A stretch of DNA of 64,000 nt, taken from Candidatus Pampinifervens sinense (lineage in GTDB: Bacteria > Aquificota > Aquificia > Aquificales > Aquificaceae). The notes beneath the pieces are model-generated. The model had not been told where the DNA came from. It saw nothing but the letters and a program-made list of their open reading frames with translations, and did no database searches. The DNA lies in assembly GCA_037927135.1 (NCBI GenBank), contig JAXSPP010000003.1, positions 40,373 through 104,372 of the forward strand, given 5' to 3'. A program made the position numbers and the translations under genes. The stretch's first letter is position 1. The number at the start of each line of letters is the position of its first letter. This document shows, piece by piece, positions 45,032 through 54,758 of the stretch.

Positions 45032-45112
45032 ATGCTTAGATGTCCTGTCTGCCAAAGTGAAAAGGATGAAAGGTATTTTATTGAGACTATAAAGTTGGAG
45101 GGAAATACATGA
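45032..45112 (+). pseudogene. 26-codon gene remnant beginning with CPVC (probable truncated Zn-knuckle methyltransferase)
   Basis: GGGGTG SD-like sequence; MLRCPVCQSEKDERYFIETIKLEGNT*; ATGA overlap with the next gene. Confidence 0.5.
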
Positions 45113-45822
45113 TGATTTTTGGAAGAGTAAAATCGTATTTTAGAAAAAGAATAATTAATCTCATTGATTTCTATATTAAAGAAGTATTATCTTACGATAT
45201 TAATTACGAACTACAATTAGATGCACGAAAAAAAACCGCTGATTATGTGAAAAGACATATGAATAAAGTTAATAGTGTTCAAAGTAGGTGGGAAGTAATT
45301 GATGAAGCACTCAAGAAAGTGGCATTGGATGGGTTGATTTGTGAGTTTGGAGTAGCTTCCGGAGTTTCCATAAATTATATAGCAAAGAAGGTCTATCCCA
45401 AAACGGTTTATGGTTTTGATAGTTTCCAAGGGCTACCAGAAACTTGGCGAGACGGATTTCCTGTAGGTCATTTTAAGATGGATAATATACCAACAGTTCG
45501 TAATAATGTTAAGTTAATAGTAGGTTTGTTTCATGAGACACTGCCTAAATTTTTAAAGGAAACTGACCTTCCTTTCGCCTTTATACATATAGACTGCGAT
45601 CTGTATTCTTCTACAAAAACTATATTTGACTTAGCATATGACAGGATTATACCTGGCACTGTCATTGTATTTGATGAGTATTTTAATTATCCTGGATGGG
45701 AAGAGGGTGAATACAAAGCATTTCAAGAATTCATTAGGAAGAGTGGTTTGAGCTATGATTATATAACTTTTAATAGATTACATCAACAGGTTGCTATTAT
45801 AATAAAAGAGAGGAAGCCATGA
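45109..45822 (+). CDS. TylF/MycF-like class I SAM-dependent O-methyltransferase
   Basis: EFGVASG, GFDSFQGLP, GLFHETLP, HIDCDLYSST and VFDEY motifs. Confidence 0.85.
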   Translation: MMIFGRVKSYFRKRIINLIDFYIKEVLSYDINYELQLDARKKTADYVKRHMNKVNSVQSRWEVIDEALKKVALDGLICEFGVASGVSINYIAKKVYPKTVYGFDSFQGLPETWRDGFPVGHFKMDNIPTVRNNVKLIVGLFHETLPKFLKETDLPFAFIHIDCDLYSSTKTIFDLAYDRIIPGTVIVFDEYFNYPGWEEGEYKAFQEFIRKSGLSYDYITFNRLHQQVAIIIKERKP

Positions 45823-47138
45823 AAAATAGGATTTATATTCTCGGAGCAGGAATGACGGGGCTATCTGCTGGTGTTATTTCCGGTATTCCTATTTTTGAAG
45901 CTGGAGACTATCCCGGTGGAATATGCTCTTCCTACTATATGCGTCCGAACAGCAGAAATCGTCTACACGAAAAGCCTGAAGATGGTGAAGTCTACAGATT
46001 TGAAATAGGAGGCGGTCATTGGATCTTTGGTAGTGAGGGCTTAATACAGGAGTTTATTAGAAAATTTGTCTCTTTAAAAAGCTATCAAAGAAGATCTTCT
46101 GTATACTTTCCAGATAAAGATTTGTTTGTTCCCTATCCGATTCAAAATCATTTAAGATACTTAGGAAAGGAAATAACTTCAAAGGCATTATATGAAATAA
46201 TAGACTCATTGAATAAATCTAAGAATTTTGCTACACTCTCAGAGTGGCTTGAAGCTAATTTTGGCAAAACTCTTTGTGAATTGTTTTTCTTTCCTTTTCA
46301 CGAATTGTATACCGCTGGTCTGTATACTCGTATAGCACCTCAAGATGCATATAAGACCCCTATAAACTTAAAAGATATAATACAAGGTGCATTTTCTGAT
46401 GTGCCACCCGCAGGGTATAATACGACTTTTGTTTATCCAGAGGAAGGACTTGATGTTCTTGCCCGTAGAATGGCTGAGAGATGTAATGTTAACTACGGCA
46501 AAAAAGTTATCAAGATTGATACTAAGGAAAAAACATTATACTTTGAAGACGGATCGTATGTTGGATATGATATACTCATATCAACCATACCACTCAATAA
46601 GGTTATAGAACTTGCTAATTTGTCTTCAGAGCTTCAATCTAAATCAGACCCATATACGTCTGTCTTGGTTGTGAATATAGGAGGAAAAAAGGGAGAGAAA
46701 TGTCCTAAGGATCATTGGATATATATACCATATAGCAAGACACGTTTCCATAGGGTAGGTTTTTATAGTAATGTTGATAAGTCATTTGTTCCTAAATCTG
46801 TTCAGGATTTAGATACACACGTTAGCATATATGTTGAAAAAGCCTACATGGGTGGAGAAAAACCAAGCGAGGAAGAACTTAATGAACTTGTTAAAGACAT
46901 CATAGAGGAGCTAATTAGCTGGGGGTGGATAAATGAGGTAGAAGTAGTAGACCCTACATGGATAGATGTAGCCTATACATGGTCATGGGTAGGTTCAAAC
47001 TGGAAGACTGAAGCTATAAAACTCCTTGAAACGTATGGCATTTACCAAGTAGGTCGTTATGGAAGGTGGCATTTTCAGGGCATAGCTGATTCTATTAAAG
47101 AAGGATTTATTGCTGGTTCGGTTTTTAGAGTGAGGTGA
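45819..47138 (+). CDS. FAD-dependent oxidoreductase (UDP-galactopyranose mutase/protoporphyrinogen oxidase-like fold)
   Basis: GAGMTGL, E...PGG..SS, GGGHW, F.YP..G and GRYGRW motifs. Confidence 0.75.
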   Translation: MKNRIYILGAGMTGLSAGVISGIPIFEAGDYPGGICSSYYMRPNSRNRLHEKPEDGEVYRFEIGGGHWIFGSEGLIQEFIRKFVSLKSYQRRSSVYFPDKDLFVPYPIQNHLRYLGKEITSKALYEIIDSLNKSKNFATLSEWLEANFGKTLCELFFFPFHELYTAGLYTRIAPQDAYKTPINLKDIIQGAFSDVPPAGYNTTFVYPEEGLDVLARRMAERCNVNYGKKVIKIDTKEKTLYFEDGSYVGYDILISTIPLNKVIELANLSSELQSKSDPYTSVLVVNIGGKKGEKCPKDHWIYIPYSKTRFHRVGFYSNVDKSFVPKSVQDLDTHVSIYVEKAYMGGEKPSEEELNELVKDIIEELISWGWINEVEVVDPTWIDVAYTWSWVGSNWKTEAIKLLETYGIYQVGRYGRWHFQGIADSIKEGFIAGSVFRVR

Positions 47139-47145
47139 ATGTATT

Positions 47146-48108
47146 ATGAAAATTTGTGCTATAGTAGTTACCTATAACCGCAAAAAGTTATTAATTGAAT
47201 GCTTAAAGGGTATACTAAAGCAGACAAGACCTGTTGACGCTATTTATATAATAGACAATGCTTCTACAGATGGTACTCCTGAGCTCCTTTTAAAAGAAGG
47301 ATATATAAGAGAATTACCTCCTGCAAATATATCTGAACCATGGGAGCATGAACATGAACTGGAGAATCATGTTAATGGCGAGCCTATTAAATTGTTTTAT
47401 GTGAGAATGCATGAAAATACAGGTGGGGCTGGAGGATTCCATGAAGGTCTGAAAAGAGCATACGAAAAGGGATATGACTGGTTTTGGTTGATGGATGATG
47501 ATGTTGAACCATTGGAACATGCTCTTGAAACCCAATTAAGATATAAGGACATATCTGAGTGTATCCATCCATCTAAGGTTTACTTAGATGGAAGTAGGTT
47601 TTTATGGGAAGGTCAAATATGTGAACAAACCGGTTTTGAAGTATTTTTTGGTGATGAATTTTTAAAGAATAAAGAATGGACTACAGTTAATTTTGGATGT
47701 TTCGAGGGAATGCTTATAAGCAGAAATGTTGTTGCAAAGATTCCTTATCCAGATAAAAGATTATTTACTATAGGTGATGATACATATTATGGATACTTGG
47801 CATCTAAACATACGAACAACATCTATATAAATTCGGTATGCTTTATCAAGAAAATAGATAGAAGACTCGCTACACATTCTAGACTTAGTTTTTATTTGTA
47901 TGGGAGGAATATAGTCGGATATGTTGCTAGAAAGATAGCTAGAGACAAATTTGCATATTTGTTAGTCGCAACTTATAAATTGCTTAGACACTCTATGGGT
48001 ATATTGATTAAAAGGAAGGGGCTTATAAAAGTATACGATTTATGGAGAGGTTATATAGACGGGCTTTTGGAAAGATGGGGTAGGGAAAGAGAATACTTTA
48101 AGAGATAA
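47146..48108 (+). CDS. Glycosyltransferase family 2
   Basis: VVTYNR, IDNASTDGT, NTGGAGGF, WLMDDD and GDDT motifs. Confidence 0.9.
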   Translation: MKICAIVVTYNRKKLLIECLKGILKQTRPVDAIYIIDNASTDGTPELLLKEGYIRELPPANISEPWEHEHELENHVNGEPIKLFYVRMHENTGGAGGFHEGLKRAYEKGYDWFWLMDDDVEPLEHALETQLRYKDISECIHPSKVYLDGSRFLWEGQICEQTGFEVFFGDEFLKNKEWTTVNFGCFEGMLISRNVVAKIPYPDKRLFTIGDDTYYGYLASKHTNNIYINSVCFIKKIDRRLATHSRLSFYLYGRNIVGYVARKIARDKFAYLLVATYKLLRHSMGILIKRKGLIKVYDLWRGYIDGLLERWGREREYFKR

Positions 48109-48142
48109 AATGAGAGATAAAATAAATAGCGTGAGGTGAAAT

Positions 48143-49396
48143 ATGGGAAGCTTTAAAGCTATATTTATTCCATCAATTGGAACAGGTGGTGCGGAAAGGG
48201 TGGCAGTTAACTTGATGAAGAAGCTAAACTTTGACTATTTAATTCTATTGGATGATACACACATAGCTTATCCCATTCCCTTGCCTAAGGAAAGAATAAT
48301 ATCCATTAAATCACCTGCATCTCAAAGTTTGATAAAAAAATTTATTAACCTGCCTATAAGGTATTTTAGACTAAAAAGGGTTAAATCTAAATACAAAATC
48401 ACAACATGTTTAAGCCTACTTGAACCTGCAAATTTTTTGAATGTTATAACAAAAGGTAAAGATAAAGTTATCCTATCCTTTCGCGCCCATTATTCACAAC
48501 AGTTTTCAGAGGATCCTTTTTTAGGTAATGGTTTAAGAAGAGTTATTATAAAGTTTTTTTATAGAATTATGTTTAAAACCATGTATAACAAAAGCGATAT
48601 CATGGTAGCCATATCAAAAGCAGTAAAGAAAGACCTAATAGAAAACTTTGGATTATCTGAGGATAAATTAGTAGTCATTTACAATCCCATATTTGTAGAT
48701 GAACTTAAGGAGCTTTCCAGAGAGCCTTTAGGAGAATATGAAACCATTTTCAACTATCCAGTTTTAATAACTGCTGGAAGACTAACCAAACAAAAAGGTC
48801 AGTGGTATCTGTTAAGAATATTCAAGGAACTAAAAAAGGAATTTCCAGAGCTAAAACTCCTCATTCTTGGAGAGGGGGAGTTAAAGGAATATCTAACTGG
48901 TCTTTCAAAGGACTTAGGGCTAAAGACCTATGTATGGGACAAAGACCAAGTGTCTGAGAGTTTTGATGTTTATTTCCTTGGTTTCCAGAAAAATCCCTTT
49001 AAGTTTATAGCAAGGTCAAAGCTATTTGTTTTTCCATCTTTTTTTGAAGGTTTTCCAAATGCTTTGGCAGAATCCATGGCTTGTGGGACTGCGGTAGTTT
49101 CTGCTGACTGTAGGTCTGGACCAAGGGAGATATTAGCACCAAATACGGACTTTGAATACCAAACCAAGGAGCCAGAGTATGCGGAGTATGGCGTTCTTAT
49201 GCCTGTTTTTGAGGTAAAATATAAGAGGGCTGATGAGCCTTTGGATGAGATAGAAAGGATATGGGTGGAAACTTTGAAAGAGTTGCTAAGGAGGGAGGAG
49301 TTAATAGAGTTGTATAGACATAAAGCTTTGCAAAGGGCAAGGGATTTTGATATAGAGAAGATAGTTGAGGAGTGGAAAAATATTTTGGGAAAATAA
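48143..49396 (+). CDS. Glycosyltransferase family 4 (copy 1)
   Basis: GGAERV, GRL..QKG and EGFPNALAESMACG motifs. Confidence 0.9.
   Translation: MGSFKAIFIPSIGTGGAERVAVNLMKKLNFDYLILLDDTHIAYPIPLPKERIISIKSPASQSLIKKFINLPIRYFRLKRVKSKYKITTCLSLLEPANFLNVITKGKDKVILSFRAHYSQQFSEDPFLGNGLRRVIIKFFYRIMFKTMYNKSDIMVAISKAVKKDLIENFGLSEDKLVVIYNPIFVDELKELSREPLGEYETIFNYPVLITAGRLTKQKGQWYLLRIFKELKKEFPELKLLILGEGELKEYLTGLSKDLGLKTYVWDKDQVSESFDVYFLGFQKNPFKFIARSKLFVFPSFFEGFPNALAESMACGTAVVSADCRSGPREILAPNTDFEYQTKEPEYAEYGVLMPVFEVKYKRADEPLDEIERIWVETLKELLRREELIELYRHKALQRARDFDIEKIVEEWKNILGK
48665..49363 (+). repeat. Direct repeat copy 1 (699 bp)
   Basis: Aligns without gaps to 49875-50573 (offset 1210); about 10 mismatches counted by eye. 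Confidence 0.95.
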
Positions 49397-49403
49397 ATAC
49401 GAT

Positions 49404-50609
49404 ATGGATATTTACTTCCTTCTCAACTCTCTTGCGGGTGGTGGTGCAGAAAGGGTAGCGGTAAACCTTTCTAAAATATTGCCAGTAAAAAGGCTCTTGC
49501 TATTGGAAAGAGAGATAAAATACGAAATTCCAGAGGAGAAGATAGTTTTTCTTTCAAGCCATACAACCAAAACAAACCCAATACTAAAGACCTTTTACAT
49601 ACCTCTATATGCTAAGAGCTTGTCTCAAAGATTAGAAAAAAATTCCCTTGTAATCTCTTTCTTAGAGAGAGCTAACTATGTAAACATATTAGCAAAGCCA
49701 TACTCAAAACACAGGGCTTTTATTTCCATCCGTATGTCGCAATTGACAGGAAGAAAAAGACATCATCCATATAACCTTCTATCTAAACTTCTTTATCCCA
49801 AAGCAGACATGGTTATATGCATATCAAAAGGCATAGCTGAAGAGCTTAAAACCCATTATAAAGTTCCTGAAGACAAATTAGTAGTCATTTACAATCCCAT
49901 ATTTGTAGATGAACTTAAGGAGCTTTCCAGAGAGCCTTTAGGAGAATATGAAACCATTTTCAACTATCCAGTTTTAATAACTGCTGGAAGACTAACCAAA
50001 CAAAAAGGTCAGTGGTATCTGTTAAGGATATTCAAGGAACTAAAGAAGGAATTTCCAGAGCTAAAACTCCTCATTCTTGGAGAGGGGGAGCTAAAGGAAT
50101 ATCTAACTGGTCTTTCAAAGGACTTAGGGCTAAAGACCTATGTATGGGACAAAGACCAAGTGTCTGAGAGTTTTGATGTTTATTTCCTTGGTTTCCAGAA
50201 AAATCCCTTTAAGTTTATAGCAAGGTCAAAGCTATTTGTTTTTCCATCTTTTTTTGAAGGTTTTCCAAATGCTTTGGCAGAATCCATGGCTTGTGGGACT
50301 GCGGTAGTTTCTGCTGACTGTAGGTCTGGACCAAGGGAGATATTAGCACCAAATACGGACTTTGAATACCAAACCAAAGAGCCAGAATATGCGGAGTATG
50401 GCGTTCTTATGCCTGTCTTTGAGGTAAAATTTAAGAGGGCTGATGAGCCTTTGGATGAGATAGAAAGGATATGGGTGGAAACTTTGAAAGAGTTGCTAAG
50501 GAGGGAGGAGTTAATAGAAATGTATAGACATAAAGCTTTGCAAAGAGCAAGGGATTTTGATATAGAGAAGATAACAGATTTATGGGCACGGATAATACAA
50601 TTTTGTTGA
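49404..50609 (+). CDS. Glycosyltransferase family 4 (copy 2)
   Basis: GGAERV and a C-terminal domain shared with copy 1; ATG at 49404 chosen. Confidence 0.9.
   Translation: MDIYFLLNSLAGGGAERVAVNLSKILPVKRLLLLEREIKYEIPEEKIVFLSSHTTKTNPILKTFYIPLYAKSLSQRLEKNSLVISFLERANYVNILAKPYSKHRAFISIRMSQLTGRKRHHPYNLLSKLLYPKADMVICISKGIAEELKTHYKVPEDKLVVIYNPIFVDELKELSREPLGEYETIFNYPVLITAGRLTKQKGQWYLLRIFKELKKEFPELKLLILGEGELKEYLTGLSKDLGLKTYVWDKDQVSESFDVYFLGFQKNPFKFIARSKLFVFPSFFEGFPNALAESMACGTAVVSADCRSGPREILAPNTDFEYQTKEPEYAEYGVLMPVFEVKFKRADEPLDEIERIWVETLKELLRREELIEMYRHKALQRARDFDIEKITDLWARIIQFC
49875..50573 (+). repeat. Direct repeat copy 2 (699 bp)
   Basis: Near-identical to 48665-49363. Confidence 0.95.
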
Positions 50610-50638
50610 ATAGCAACAATACTTGGAGGTGATAGAAT

Positions 50639-51505
50639 ATGAAAATGTTTTGGTTTGGGAGAAATTGGAAAAACTATGTAAAAAGAGTTGTAAATGAAAG
50701 AGTAATAGAGGAGGCTAAGAATTCGCTCTTAAAATATGTTCCCAACAACACAAACGCTTTTGAGTTCTATAGGGATAAGGTCTTTATAGATGTAGGATGT
50801 GGAAGTGGACTATTTTCGCTTGCTGCCTGCTTATTGGGATGTAAGGAAGTTATAAGTTTTGATATTCAAGAAGAAAGTTTGGAAGCACTGAATATTTTAA
50901 GAGAGAAATATTCATATATGATACCTGGCGAGGTAAAGTGGAAAGCTTTTGTAGGCGACATATTAGATGATGATTTAGTTAAGAGTTTATACGAAAAGGG
51001 AGATATAGTGTATTCATGGGGTGTTTTACACCACACAGGAGATATGTATAAGGCTATAAGTAATGTAAGTAAACTAGTTAAAAAAGATGGATTTTTGATA
51101 ATAGCAATATATAATCATAGTAGAAGCTCAGTTTACTGGGGAAAAATTAAAGAATTTTATAACCAACACAGGCTTCTTCAACCTATCCTTGGACTAATAT
51201 ATGGGTCATATGTCTCTTTAGGATATGCTCTAAGAAGAAAAACTTTGAATTTATACAGAGAGAGAGGAATGCATGTGTTTTATGACGCTATTGATTGGAT
51301 AGGAGGCTATCCTTATGAATACGCTTGTTTTGAAGAAATAAAAAACTTTGTTGAAAATCTTGGATTTTCTTTGATAAAAGCACCAACTCAACTTCCATGT
51401 GAGAAAAACTATAAGTTTAATTCCTTTTTTCATAAAATTTTTAGCATTTTAAGAACTGCAAATTCCGGTTGTAATGAATTCGTATTCAAAAAATGTGTAG
51501 AATAG
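50639..51505 (+). CDS. Class I SAM-dependent methyltransferase
   Basis: FIDVGCGSG, DIVYSWGVLHHTG and DWIGGYPYE motifs. Confidence 0.88.
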   Translation: MKMFWFGRNWKNYVKRVVNERVIEEAKNSLLKYVPNNTNAFEFYRDKVFIDVGCGSGLFSLAACLLGCKEVISFDIQEESLEALNILREKYSYMIPGEVKWKAFVGDILDDDLVKSLYEKGDIVYSWGVLHHTGDMYKAISNVSKLVKKDGFLIIAIYNHSRSSVYWGKIKEFYNQHRLLQPILGLIYGSYVSLGYALRRKTLNLYRERGMHVFYDAIDWIGGYPYEYACFEEIKNFVENLGFSLIKAPTQLPCEKNYKFNSFFHKIFSILRTANSGCNEFVFKKCVE

Positions 51506-53406
51506 CAGGCTTTTGGGATTTTAACTTCAATGACCAATACAACCTTGAGAAGACTGCCATAAGGATGAGAGACTCTCTATCTCATGGTGGTCCAGATGAT
51601 GCTGGACTATATGTGGACTTGTCTTTGGGGCTTGCTTTAAGCCACAGGAGGCTTTCTATCTTAGACCTTTCTCCTCTTGGGCATCAGCCTATGGAGTTTG
51701 AAAACTTGGTTATAACCTACAATGGAGAAGTCTATAACTTTCAGGAAATAAGGAAAGAGCTTGAAAGGGAAGGTTATAGCTTTGTATCTAACTCCGATAC
51801 AGAGGTTATCCTAAAGGCTTTTCATAGGTGGGGCTTTGATGCGGTTTACAGGTTTAGAGGTATGTTTGCCTTTGCTATCTTTGATAAGGCGAACAAAAGG
51901 CTAATTTTGTGTAGAGATAGAATAGGTGTAAAGCCTCTTTATTACTACTACAAAGATGGGCTTTTTATGTTTGCCTCAGAGCTTAAGGCTTTTCACTTTC
52001 ATCCCAAGTTTCAAAAGGAGCTTGAGCCATCCGCTTTAGCCTTGTTTCTCCAGTATGGATATATAACCTCTCCATACAGCATATTTAAGTATACCTATAA
52101 GTTAGAGCCAGGTCATTTTCTTGTTCTAAACTCCAAAGGTGAGGTATCCTTGCAAAAGTATTGGGATATAGAGGAGTATTTTAGGAAAGGGGAATTTTCT
52201 GACCTTTCTGAAGAGGAAATAGCCCAGAGGCTTGAGGAGCTTTTGATTGAGAGCTTTAAACTTAGGCTTGTCTCTGATGTGCCAGTGGGGCTTTTCCTAA
52301 GTGGTGGCATAGATAGTTCCACTGTTTGTGCCCTTTTGCAAAGGCAAGTGAGCAAGCCCTTAAAGACCTTTACCATAGGTTTTTATGAAAAAGACTATAA
52401 CGAAGCGGAATATGCCAAAAAGATAGCCCAATATCTTGGCACAGACCACACAGAGCTTTATTGCACGCCAAAGGAGGCTTTTGAGATAATTCCTAAGCTA
52501 CCTGAAATTTACGATGAACCCTTTGGAGATTCCTCTGCCATACCTACATACCTTGTGTCTCAATTGGCAAGAAGTCAAGTCAAAGTTAGCCTATCTGCGG
52601 ACGGTGGAGATGAGCAGTTTTGTGGGTATACAAGATACTGGATAGTGGGAGAGAGAATAAAAAGATTGGAAAAACTACCTATGCTGGGTCTTTTTAGTCA
52701 AGTTTTGAAACTTATAAATCCAGACTTAGCGGTAAGTCTTTATAAGCTGTTTAGCCCTGTTCTTCCTAAATGGACTAATTTTAGGGACAAGTTTATAAAA
52801 CTAAGGAATGTATTAAGTGCAAAGTCCTCGCAAGAGCAGTATGATATTGCAAACAAGTATTTTCTCACAGAAGACCTCAAAAGTCTTGGCTTAGAAACCA
52901 TAATAGAAAGCCAAACCTTTAGGATAAACTCATCCACTATGTTAGAACCTATGAAATACATGATGCTTTATGACCTAAAGACCTACCTACCTGATGATAT
53001 ACTGGTAAAAGTAGACAGAGCTACCATGAGTGTATCCCTTGAGGGAAGAGAGCCTTTTTTAGACCACAAAGTAGTAGAGTTTACTTCCAGAATACCAGTG
53101 AGCCTGAAATACAAAGATGGTATGAGTAAATACATATTGAGAAAAATATTATACAAGTATGTGCCAAGGGAACTAATAGACCGTCCTAAAATGGGATTTG
53201 GTGTGCCTATATACGAGTGGTTTAAGGGAGAACTCAAGGGTTTATACTTAGAGTATCTATCAAAGGAAAGAATTAAAAAGGAAGGTATATTTAATTCAGA
53301 GGAAGTGGACAAACTTCTAAGGTGGTATTTAGAAAACAAGGGTGTTAACCATAATAAGCTATGGTTTTTGTTTATATTTCAGCTTTGGAGGGAGAGATGG
53401 CTATAG
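51493..53406 (+). CDS. asnB: Asparagine synthase-like glutamine amidotransferase (probably a sugar amidotransferase)
   Basis: N-terminal MC (Cys2), HRRLSILD, NGEVYN, RDRIGVKPLYY, LSGGIDS, GGDE and KVDRATM motifs; lies within the glycan cluster. Confidence 0.9.
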   Translation: MCRIAGFWDFNFNDQYNLEKTAIRMRDSLSHGGPDDAGLYVDLSLGLALSHRRLSILDLSPLGHQPMEFENLVITYNGEVYNFQEIRKELEREGYSFVSNSDTEVILKAFHRWGFDAVYRFRGMFAFAIFDKANKRLILCRDRIGVKPLYYYYKDGLFMFASELKAFHFHPKFQKELEPSALALFLQYGYITSPYSIFKYTYKLEPGHFLVLNSKGEVSLQKYWDIEEYFRKGEFSDLSEEEIAQRLEELLIESFKLRLVSDVPVGLFLSGGIDSSTVCALLQRQVSKPLKTFTIGFYEKDYNEAEYAKKIAQYLGTDHTELYCTPKEAFEIIPKLPEIYDEPFGDSSAIPTYLVSQLARSQVKVSLSADGGDEQFCGYTRYWIVGERIKRLEKLPMLGLFSQVLKLINPDLAVSLYKLFSPVLPKWTNFRDKFIKLRNVLSAKSSQEQYDIANKYFLTEDLKSLGLETIIESQTFRINSSTMLEPMKYMMLYDLKTYLPDDILVKVDRATMSVSLEGREPFLDHKVVEFTSRIPVSLKYKDGMSKYILRKILYKYVPRELIDRPKMGFGVPIYEWFKGELKGLYLEYLSKERIKKEGIFNSEEVDKLLRWYLENKGVNHNKLWFLFIFQLWRERWL

Positions 53407-54758
53407 AGGAGAAACGTTTAATGTATATTTTTCCGATTTTAGTTTTTATGTATGTTATATTAATAGGTCTTTTTGTGCAGACCATATTACTTCCCTATCT
53501 CATTCCATCAGCACACTATGGCGAAGGTATTCTAAATGGCACGGACACTATATATTTTCATGAAGAATCAAAAAAGTTAGCCAAAGAGATAAGTTTATAC
53601 GGTTGGTCAAGGTGGAGTCTAAAGCCAGAAGGTCAGATAATGATAGGCATAACTTCTCTTATTTATGCTTTGACCGGTATCTATAAGCCATATGTTATGC
53701 TGTTTTATAACGCACTTCTGCACTCTCTATCCGCTTTATTTCTCATTAAACTTCTTACTAATTACGGAATAAGCATAAAGTATGCTATATTTGGTAGCCT
53801 TCCTTTAGTATTTTTTCCATCAAACCTAATGTGGACTTCACAAATTCATAGAGATGGTCTATACGTTCTTGGATTACTTGCTTTTTTCTTATCTATAAGC
53901 TATATACACAAGAAAGGTTATAAAACCTTATTTTATTCTCTGTTTTTACAAGCACTCGGTCTTTTTCTTATATACCTTGCAAGGGAGCATATGATATTGC
54001 CCTTTAAATATGTATTCTCCTTTCTTTTTGTGGTTTCTTTGTTATTTTTAGCCTTAAAGTTTGTTAGATTGCTTAAGGAAAACCTATTGGTGGAAAAACA
54101 AGTCCTAAGTAGATTTACTGTTTTGGCTTTTGCAGTGGTTATAGTCTCCAGCATTTTAGCACCACAAACACAAACACAAACACAAACACAAACACAAACA
54201 CAAACACAAACACAAACACAAACACAAACACAAACACAAACACAAACACAAATTAAGTGGGAAAAAGAGATTTTTGTTCCAGAGAAGATAGATAAAATAC
54301 TCTACAATATAGCAGTTTGGAGGTATATGTTCTTAAATGTATATTTCAAAGATGCCAAGGGAAATATAGAACAGGATTTTATTCCGCAAAAGGCTTCTGA
54401 CTTCCTGCTTTATCTTCCAAGAGGACTTTATGTGGGGCTATTTTATCCTACTCCTGAATTCTGGTTTAAGGAAGGCGGAACAACAGGTGGAACCGTAGCA
54501 AGGGCTATTATTCCCTTTGAGACAGTAGTAGTTTGGATAGGTATAATAGGCTTTGTGTTTGCTTTTTATAATCTACCGAACAGATTTAGCATATTCATAA
54601 TTTTGTTACTATGTCTAATGTTTATATATTTGCATGTTATTACTGAACCTAACTTAGGACCCATAGTAAGAAAAAGGTATGTCTATATTAGCACATTGAT
54701 TGGTTTTTCTTATTCATACCTAATCTGGAGGCTATCACTTTGGCTAAAAAGAGCATAG
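53397..54758 (+). CDS. Polytopic membrane protein, Wzy polymerase/GT-C-like, with a (QT)14 tract
   Basis: About 10-11 TM segments, D...F, PS..MW....RD and C-terminal NLG...RKR; GGAGG SD before ATG 53397. Confidence 0.65.
   Translation: MAIEEKRLMYIFPILVFMYVILIGLFVQTILLPYLIPSAHYGEGILNGTDTIYFHEESKKLAKEISLYGWSRWSLKPEGQIMIGITSLIYALTGIYKPYVMLFYNALLHSLSALFLIKLLTNYGISIKYAIFGSLPLVFFPSNLMWTSQIHRDGLYVLGLLAFFLSISYIHKKGYKTLFYSLFLQALGLFLIYLAREHMILPFKYVFSFLFVVSLLFLALKFVRLLKENLLVEKQVLSRFTVLAFAVVIVSSILAPQTQTQTQTQTQTQTQTQTQTQTQTQTQTQIKWEKEIFVPEKIDKILYNIAVWRYMFLNVYFKDAKGNIEQDFIPQKASDFLLYLPRGLYVGLFYPTPEFWFKEGGTTGGTVARAIIPFETVVVWIGIIGFVFAFYNLPNRFSIFIILLLCLMFIYLHVITEPNLGPIVRKRYVYISTLIGFSYSYLIWRLSLWLKRA
54165..54251 (+). 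repeat. Perfect microsatellite (CAAACA)14 CAA
   Basis: Read directly from the sequence; encodes (QT)14Q in frame. Confidence 0.97.

Noticed and set aside
45228..45235. A8 run in the TylF-like gene and several A7/T7 runs in the glycan island as phase-variation tracts
   Set aside because: Short A/T runs are expected in AT-rich DNA and all the frames are intact
48665..50573. The 699-bp direct repeats as ends of a composite transposon
   Set aside because: The repeats are glycosyltransferase coding sequence; no transposase or terminal inverted repeats
54165..54251. Tandem repeat considered as a possible CRISPR array
   Set aside because: A 6-bp unit with no spacers, inside a reading frame, and no cas genes in the window
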